DNA from: an uncultured Pseudomonadota bacterium
GTDB taxonomy: Bacteria; Pseudomonadota; Alphaproteobacteria; RF32; CAG-239
Assembly (NCBI GenBank): GCA_949300375.1
Contig: CASGEB010000003.1
Span: forward strand, 263-64,262
Direction of reading: 5' to 3'
DNA length: 64,000 bases
Below, piece after piece: positions 57,671 to 64,000 of this stretch. Position numbers and translations under genes: made by a program. Below the pieces are notes generated by a model. The model saw only the letters and a program-made list of their open reading frames with translations. It did no database searches and was not told the DNA's origin. Each line of letters starts with the position of its first letter. Position 1 is the stretch's first letter.

Positions 57671-59746
57671 CTATGCAACTTCTTTTCTGGAAGCTGCGGC
57701 TCTTCTTTTTTCTGCCTTTTTCTCTTCATCACAGATCGGGCAATACTTATGTTCACCGGAAAGGTAGCCGTGTTTCGGACAAATCGAAAACGTCGGCGTA
57801 ATGGTGACATAAGGCAGTCGGTAGTTGGTCAGAACACGGCGGACGATGTCGCGGCAGACCTTGGCTGATGAAACTCTCTGACCCATGTACAGGTGCAATA
57901 CCGTACCGCCGGTGTATTTTGTCTGCAGTTTTTCCTGCAGTTCCAAAGCCTCAAACGGGTCATCAGTGTAGTTAACCGGCAGCTGGGACGAGTTGGTATA
58001 ATACGGATTTTCTTCCGTCCCGGCCTGCAGGATTCCTTTAAATCTCTTCTTGTCTTCGCGGGCAAAGCGATAAGTCGCACTTTCGGCCGGCGTGGCTTCC
58101 AGGTTATACATATGCCCGGTTTCTTCCTGAATTTTTACCATTCTGTCGCGGATATGATTCAGGAATCTTTCGGCAAAGTCTTGTCCCCATTCATCTGCAA
58201 CATTATGCTCGTCATTGGTAAAGTTGCGGATCATCTCGTTAATGCCGTTAACGCCGAAAGTCGAGAAGTGGTTGCGCAATGTGCCGAGATAACGTTTGGT
58301 ATACGGGAACAAACCGTTGTCAATGAGTCTTTGGATAACCTTGCGCTTGATTTCCAGAGAAGTCTTGGCCAGTTCCAGCAACTCGTCGACACGACCCAAC
58401 AAGGCATGCTCGTCGCCTTTGTAAAGGTATCCCAAACGGGCGCAGTTAATGGTCACAACACCAATCGAACCCGTTTGCTCGGCAGAGCCAAACAAGCCGT
58501 TTCCTTTGGCCAAAAGCTCGCGCAGGTCAAGCTGCAGGCGGCAGCACATTGAGCGAATCTGTCCCGGCTTTAAGACGGAATTGATAAAGTTCTGGAAATA
58601 AGGCAAACCATATTTGGCCGTCATTTCAAACAAGAGTTCGGTATTTTCATCTTCCCACGGAAAATCAGGAGTCATATTATAAGTCGGAATCGGGAAGGTG
58701 AACGGACGGCCTTTGATATCGCCTTTCATCATAACCGAAATGTATGCTTTGTTAATCATATGCATTTCTTCGGTCAAATCTCCGTAAGTGAAGTCCTGTT
58801 CAACGCCGGCAATCATCGGATGTTTGTCGCGCAGGTCTTCCGGACATACCCAGTCGAACGTAAAGTTGGTAAACGGTGTTTGAGAACCCCAGCGGGACGG
58901 AACATTCAGGTTATAAATCAGTTCCTGGAAAGACTGTTCAACTTGTTCATAAGTCAGGTGATCTACACGGACATACGGGGCAAGATATGTATCGACGGAA
59001 GAAAATGCCTGAGCGCCGGCCCATTCGTTTTGCAGAGTACCCATAAAGTTAACCATCTGTCCGACAGCGGCAGACAAATGTTTGGCCGGACCGGCTTCCG
59101 CTTTGCCCGGGACGCCGTTAAACCCTTCGTGCAACAAGTTTTTCAGCGACCAACCGGCGCAATAAGCCGCCAACATATCCAAATCGTGAATGTGAAAATC
59201 GCCGTTGCGATGCGCTTCGCCAACAGCCGCCGGATAAACATGGCTCAGCCAGTAGTTGGCCGTTACTTTGCCGGAGACGTTCAAAATCAACCCGCCGTTA
59301 GAGTATCCCTGGTTGGCGTTGGCATTAACGCGCCAGTCCAGCTTTTCCAGATATTCGTTGATAGAGCTTTCAACGTCAACCATAACCTTTTTGTCTGTAC
59401 GCATACGGTTGCGTTGGTCGCGGTATAAAATATAAGCCTTAGCTGTTGCAAAATAGTTGGCAGAAATCAGAACCTGCTCAACAATATCCTGAATTTGTTC
59501 AATGGATGGAAGAGAATCCGTAAACTTATGCTTCATAACCTTTAAGACCTGAGCGGTCAAAAGCCAGCTTTCCTCTTCGCCGAACTCGCCCGTCGTCGTA
59601 CCGGCTTTGTTAATAGCGTTAAAAATTCTGGTGTTGTCAAACGGGGCTAAGGTGCCATCTCTTTTGGTAACGCTGTCAAAAGGGATGTTCTCAGCAATCT
59701 TGCTCTGAGAAATTTCGTTATCGTTTACGGACATATCTTCGCTCAT
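57671..59746 (-). CDS. nrdD: Class III ribonucleoside-triphosphate reductase large subunit with ATP cone
   Basis: VTKRDG ATP cone, HIHDL, RSMCCRL, NLEATPAES, YTGGTVLH, CPKHG…CPIC; lacks RVxGY. Confidence 0.95.
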   Translation of the reverse strand: MSEDMSVNDNEISQSKIAENIPFDSVTKRDGTLAPFDNTRIFNAINKAGTTTGEFGEEESWLLTAQVLKVMKHKFTDSLPSIEQIQDIVEQVLISANYFATAKAYILYRDQRNRMRTDKKVMVDVESSINEYLEKLDWRVNANANQGYSNGGLILNVSGKVTANYWLSHVYPAAVGEAHRNGDFHIHDLDMLAAYCAGWSLKNLLHEGFNGVPGKAEAGPAKHLSAAVGQMVNFMGTLQNEWAGAQAFSSVDTYLAPYVRVDHLTYEQVEQSFQELIYNLNVPSRWGSQTPFTNFTFDWVCPEDLRDKHPMIAGVEQDFTYGDLTEEMHMINKAYISVMMKGDIKGRPFTFPIPTYNMTPDFPWEDENTELLFEMTAKYGLPYFQNFINSVLKPGQIRSMCCRLQLDLRELLAKGNGLFGSAEQTGSIGVVTINCARLGYLYKGDEHALLGRVDELLELAKTSLEIKRKVIQRLIDNGLFPYTKRYLGTLRNHFSTFGVNGINEMIRNFTNDEHNVADEWGQDFAERFLNHIRDRMVKIQEETGHMYNLEATPAESATYRFAREDKKRFKGILQAGTEENPYYTNSSQLPVNYTDDPFEALELQEKLQTKYTGGTVLHLYMGQRVSSAKVCRDIVRRVLTNYRLPYVTITPTFSICPKHGYLSGEHKYCPICDEEKKAEKRRAAASRKEVA

Positions 59747-59806
59747 TCCTTCGTTATTATTAGTTATAAAAAACAAAATTGTTTGTGTTATCACCTGATA
59801 ACAAGC

Positions 59807-59854
59807 ATACAATATATAGTATTAACAAAATGTAAATAAGACTAGATATAGTAT
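59807..59854. promoter_or_regulatory. Tandem NrdR boxes
   Basis: ATACAATATATAGTAT (59807-59822) and AGACTAGATATAGTAT (59839-59854), 32 nt apart, match the CwAtATaTwG core, upstream of nrdD. Confidence 0.85.
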
Positions 59855-60376
59855 GCACAGAAAAATTTTTTATTTCAAAATTCCTAACGCGCATCATCTT
59901 GAATATGTTGACATTCTGAGCGAAATATATGATGCAAACAAGGGCAAAAAAATTCTTTTTCAGGCTTGACACTGCTATCTTGCTATAATTCCACCAAAAA
60001 AAATTTTTTAAATAGTGGATAAAAAGATTAACTTTTTTAAACCCCAAAAATATCATTATTTTTCAACTCGATAGATTCTTGACGTAATCAACATATTTGT
60101 ACACAAGGAACACAAAAAAAGCTTAAATTTACAAAAACTATTTTCGGTTTCAGAATCGCCCCCACAAGATATTGTGTTTTACGCGGAGTCGAAATACAGA
60201 ATCAGGGAAAAGACTCGCCCCTTTGGCAAAAGAAGCAAAATTTTTGAGAATCGATTGGTGTTTTTCCTTATCTCTAAGATTCTCTTTTTATTTATTATCC
60301 TTTTTCTTATTTTTTGTTTTTTATAATTTATTTTTATTGTTACTTTTTGCCTGCCAAAAAGGTCGGAGGCCGGCAG

Positions 60377-60697
60377 CCACAGGCGACGGCCTGAGCGGCC
60401 AGTTGTTAACATTATGCCTTAGAGACCGCGTTGCTCCGACATTTTTTGTGAATAGCATTGTGCTTTGAAGGGTGGATTGCCGGGTCAAGCCCGGCAATGA
60501 CAAAGAAGAAAATTTGTTTGAGATGGATCCCCGGGTCAAGCCCGGGGATGACACTAAAAAACACAGCCCGGGGATGACTGTAAAAAAATAACATGCCCAG
60601 GGAGGAAAGGTGCAACCGATGGCGCTCAATCGGCAACATTGTGCTGCAGAGGCCGCGTTGCTATGATGGGGGAGGTGAACTAGATTGTGCTTTGAAG
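60377..60697 (+). repeat. Modular cassette repeat locus C with 2.5 REP palindromes
   Basis: REPs at 60474-60501, 60525-60552 and a half copy at 60564-60578; R-CCGCGTTGCT at 60424 and ~60651, ATTGTGCTTTGAA at 60457 and 60684. Confidence 0.85.
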
Positions 60698-60775
60698 TTA
60701 CTGCCCGGATAATCTTTAACATCGATAAATTTTCTTTCTACTATCTAGAACATTCTCCTTATAAAATCAGCACAG

Positions 60776-60802
60776 AAAAAGCACTCCGGAGAGTGCTTTT
60801 TC
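60776..60802 (-). terminator. Intrinsic terminator
   Basis: AAAAAGCACTC-CGGA-GAGTGCTTTTT. Confidence 0.8.
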
Positions 60803-60805
60803 TGT

Positions 60806-62707
60806 TTAATACCGCGGGCGGGTTTCTATTTCTTTGCCGATTTCACCATTAGCAATGTAGTCATCCGCACAATTTGTTCCGCGGCAGCGTTTCAGCACCG
60901 TGGCGTTCCGGCCTTTGGTCAACCCTCTGACCTGCATTGACGGCACGTAGACTTCATCGACAATAATCTTAAACGTAATGTAATTAACATTGCCGTACTC
61001 ATCTATAATATAGACCTTCACATGATAGGTTCCGCCGTCTTTCGGCATCGGCGTTCCGTAGAACGTCATTGTTTTTTCATCAAAGGTCAGCCAATCCGGC
61101 AGCGGACTGTCATCTATCAATCCGGCTTTGAATGTCAGATTACCGCGGGCATTGAGATCTTTCAGAGCATCTTCCGGAATGCTATAGAGATAATCTTGTC
61201 CGGTTTCCAGTTTTTGATCAGGAACGTCTTCCGTCGACAAATTAACCGGCGGACGCTTAGACGGTACGTTCAACAAATACGGGCGGTTGTCCGGCAGAAA
61301 ATCGCCGTCACGCCACTTTTCCAGCGTCGTATGCAAATAAACGGCAATTTTAGACGGTTTTTCACCCAACATATAATAAGGCAGCGCATCAAGCCCCAAC
61401 GCGGCGTAAAGATTTCCGAGCGAGGACTGAAGCTCAATATAAGCCTTAGAAGCCTTAACCTCATCGGCAATGGCACGCGCTGCTTCAAGCAAAGATTTCG
61501 AATCGCGGCTGCCCAGCTTTACCGTAATGTCTTCGGCAATGTCTTCCGATACGTTGGCGATTTCAATATTAATCTGATAATCTTCCAATGCCGACATATA
61601 GGCGGCCCAACCAACATACAACTGGCTTAAGACCAGATTGGTCATTCGCTGGCGGCGCAAGGCTTCCAGTTCTCCGGCCCGGGGATTTTTGACATCTTCA
61701 AAAACATGGTAACCAATTTCCTGCGCTTTGCGGCTCCAGACTTTATTATAATAAGCAGGATTGCTTTGATAATCGTTTTGCGTGGTTGATTTGAACTCCT
61801 GAATGGTGAATTCCAAGTTCTCGTCAATATTCACCATATCGCGCATTTTGAGTTCCGGGCGGTTGGTCAAAGCCAGCCATTCCATATCGGCCAGAGGCGT
61901 GCGGATATCCGGCAGGGCAAAATTGCCGTACAATTTGCCGACCAGTTTGTATTCCGTTGCCGGATGAAAACCCATTAAGGCGGCCAGCTTGGTCTCGGCT
62001 GTTTCCATTCCCCGTTTTAACTCGGACAAGTTCTTAACGGCTTCCATATATTCGCGTTTCAACACCAGCTTGTCCGTCGGCAGATACTGGTTTAATTTTG
62101 CAAGGTCTTTGGCCTGGGCGTTCAGTTCGTCAACCTCCAGCGTTAAGACCTCTATCATATCGTCAATCACCGGCAGCAGGCGTTGTGCCGTCAAAGCCTG
62201 CCAATAAAGCACTCGGGTTTCCTGCAAAAGATTGTGAATGACCTTGCGGCTCTGCTCAAAAGCCAGATTTTTGCGGTATTCCTGGTCGACGGTCTGATAA
62301 TAAACCGTACTCATATCCAAAAGGTTCCAGGCCAGCCGGAGTTCGGAATTGGCATCGGAGAGGGAATCGGGGCTTAAATATCCGGCCTGCCCCATAATCT
62401 CAGGGATTTGGTTGACCGGCGATTTTCCAGCCTTTATCAAACTTTCTTCATAACTGACAACGCGGCGGGTAAAGTTATATTTCAAGGCCAGCGCCATTGT
62501 CATATACATATCTATTGGTTTTGAAATCCTGCGCGGCTGGTTTAAATACATATTCTGCATATCCACATCGGCGCGGATTGCGCTGTCCCAATCGGAATAA
62601 GCCGCCGACGATACGGTTGTTTCGCTGACGGAATATTCTTCTTCGCGCGGGCCGCAGGAAACAACAAAAAACATGCCAAAAACCAAACATGCCAATATTT
62701 TTTTCAT
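60806..62707 (-). CDS. TolC-family outer-membrane lipoprotein fused to a C-terminal dystroglycan-type cadherin-like (He_PIG) domain
   Basis: Lipobox VVSC; MALALKYNF, ALTNRPEL OEP-like motifs; LPDWLTFDEKTMTFYGTP…GTYHVKVYIIDEYG Ig-like motif. Confidence 0.7.
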   Translation of the reverse strand: MKKILACLVFGMFFVVSCGPREEEYSVSETTVSSAAYSDWDSAIRADVDMQNMYLNQPRRISKPIDMYMTMALALKYNFTRRVVSYEESLIKAGKSPVNQIPEIMGQAGYLSPDSLSDANSELRLAWNLLDMSTVYYQTVDQEYRKNLAFEQSRKVIHNLLQETRVLYWQALTAQRLLPVIDDMIEVLTLEVDELNAQAKDLAKLNQYLPTDKLVLKREYMEAVKNLSELKRGMETAETKLAALMGFHPATEYKLVGKLYGNFALPDIRTPLADMEWLALTNRPELKMRDMVNIDENLEFTIQEFKSTTQNDYQSNPAYYNKVWSRKAQEIGYHVFEDVKNPRAGELEALRRQRMTNLVLSQLYVGWAAYMSALEDYQINIEIANVSEDIAEDITVKLGSRDSKSLLEAARAIADEVKASKAYIELQSSLGNLYAALGLDALPYYMLGEKPSKIAVYLHTTLEKWRDGDFLPDNRPYLLNVPSKRPPVNLSTEDVPDQKLETGQDYLYSIPEDALKDLNARGNLTFKAGLIDDSPLPDWLTFDEKTMTFYGTPMPKDGGTYHVKVYIIDEYGNVNYITFKIIVDEVYVPSMQVRGLTKGRNATVLKRCRGTNCADDYIANGEIGKEIETRPRY

Positions 62708-62848
62708 AATTTAAACCCTTTATAAAGATATGTACGGGTATAAATTATATCAATATTTCGGAGATTAACAGTATTTATTTGCTTTTATTCAACTCTGATG
62801 TATAAAATATTTGCATATTCTTGCGGCGCAAAAAGGTTTTGACAACTT

Positions 62849-63628
62849 ATGTTTGACATTTTTTATACCGTTTTTAAGTACAAAGAAAAAGAAAGTCCCG
62901 ACAAACTCGGGCTTTATCCCGAGCGCGCCCATACGCAGGCCATGCCGGAAAGACGGTATCTCTGGAGTTCCCGCATTTTAGTTATTCTGGCGGTAATCAG
63001 CATGAGCATAACCATGATGCTGGCGCTTACGATTTATCTGATGCTGCCGCAAAAAACCGTTTATCCCCGTTTGCTGCAAATTAACCGGTATTTTTCACAG
63101 TTGGAGCTGGTACAGCCGGCCGAACGCAGGATTTTGGTGACGGATCTGATTGCCGAACAGCATATTTCCGAATATATCGCGTTGCGCAATTCCATTACTT
63201 CCGATTATGACCAGCTGCTCTCCCGCTGGGGCGAAAGGCAGACGATATATTGGTATTCGGAAGCCAATGTGTACAGCCGCTTTTATAATACCGACGTGAA
63301 ATACAACCTGATACAATTTAAGAAAAACGCCCTGCAGCGCTATGTTAAAGTCGAATGGGTGCGGCCGTTGACACTCGGCTTGTGGCAGGTGCAGTTTCTG
63401 ACAATGGATATGACGCCGGATTCCGACAAGATAGACACTAAAATCTGGCGGGCAACGCTGCGCATTACTTATATGAGCCTGCCGTTTAAGACAAAAGACG
63501 ACGCGATGAAAAACCCGTTTGGTTTTGTGGTAACCAATTATTCGCTCGGTTATGTCGGAACCCCGGAAACATCGCAGCACTACCTGCAACGGGCAAGAGA
63601 ACTGGCCGAAAGCGGACAAGGGGCATAA
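62849..63628 (+). CDS. virB8: Type IV secretion inner-membrane protein VirB8 family
   Basis: Single TM, ISEYIALRNS, WQVQF, WRATLRITY, KNPFGFVVTNY (VirB8 NPxG motif). Confidence 0.85.
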   Translation: MFDIFYTVFKYKEKESPDKLGLYPERAHTQAMPERRYLWSSRILVILAVISMSITMMLALTIYLMLPQKTVYPRLLQINRYFSQLELVQPAERRILVTDLIAEQHISEYIALRNSITSDYDQLLSRWGERQTIYWYSEANVYSRFYNTDVKYNLIQFKKNALQRYVKVEWVRPLTLGLWQVQFLTMDMTPDSDKIDTKIWRATLRITYMSLPFKTKDDAMKNPFGFVVTNYSLGYVGTPETSQHYLQRARELAESGQGA

Positions 63629-63842
63629 AACAGCCCCTTTTGTTTTGGCAACTTCACACAAAACTATAACCTCCGATAAAAATTACCCGGCAAGAAAGCA
63701 TTGCTGATTTTTGTTAAAAAACTTTCCTCCTGTCTTGACTTTTGGAATATTATTCTCTATTTGAATACATAAGGAATTAATATGACCGTTTTACGGAGAG
63801 AAGAATTCCTTGTTATGCATTAACTTAATAAAGGAGCGGAAA

Positions 63843-64000
63843 ATGTTTGATAATCACAATTCCAATAACGGACAACGGCCGACGCGCTGCAAATTCGGGT
63901 TAAAGTTTACGCCAAAGCCCGTAAATCCCGAACTTTCGGTTCAAGAAAATATAATGAATTTTATTAACGACTACCGCCAATGGGAAAAAGAAAATCAGCA
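63843..64000 (+). CDS. Partial hypothetical protein running off the window
   Basis: AAGGAG RBS, ATG at 63843, frame open to the window end. Confidence 0.55.
   Translation, partial: MFDNHNSNNGQRPTRCKFGLKFTPKPVNPELSVQENIMNFINDYRQWEKENQ

Noticed and set aside
60080-60092. FNR box upstream of the anaerobic RNR (TTGAC-GTA-ATCAA)
   Set aside because: The spacer is 3 nt rather than the 4 nt FNR requires, and the site is more than 300 nt from nrdD.
60172-60722. ORFs 60172-60468, 60321-60722 and 60412-60639 (VIPGLDPGI peptides)
   Set aside because: These are conceptual translations of REP palindromes and cassettes, not evident genes.

Overview
Chromosomal segment of an alphaproteobacterium. Evidence for the class: an alpha-type GAAC-N7-GAAC LexA box, TTAA-N7-TTAA CtrA-type boxes, a fliF-fliG-fliH-fliN-flbD-flhA-flhF-flhG block and a VirB8. 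A host-associated Rhodospirillales-like lineage is inferred but not proven. Most of the window is housekeeping: macAB-tolC, ffh-rpsP-rimM-trmD-rplS, lexA, a flagellar basal body/export block, phoB, rpe, fba, tkt, rlmD, yfgM-bamB-der, pssA-psd and class III RNR (nrdD, small glycyl-radical ORF, nrdG) with tandem NrdR boxes. There are two tRNAs, Glu-TTC and Leu-TAA, each with decayed integration debris at its 3' side. The most unusual signals are: (i) a dispersed family of modular ~46-52 nt cassettes shuffled among four intergenic loci (1-192, 11288-11530, 32861-32975, 60377-60697), partly associated with TGTC/CGTC-type REPs and showing compensatory base changes; (ii) a tRNA-Glu-derived tandem element with an insertion in the T-loop, flanking a low-GC gluzincin gene; (iii) a VgrG3-like muramidase, an orphan VirB8 and several orphan proteins with basic C-terminal tails, together suggesting a scattered type IV secretion/effector system; (iv) unusual fusions: TolC-cadherin-like Ig, CoaD-HD next to NADAR, and DnaJ-TM-SH3b at the end of the flagellar operon. 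No canonical CRISPR array, cas gene, rRNA or intact transposase was seen. All family assignments are from motif recognition by eye, not database searches.
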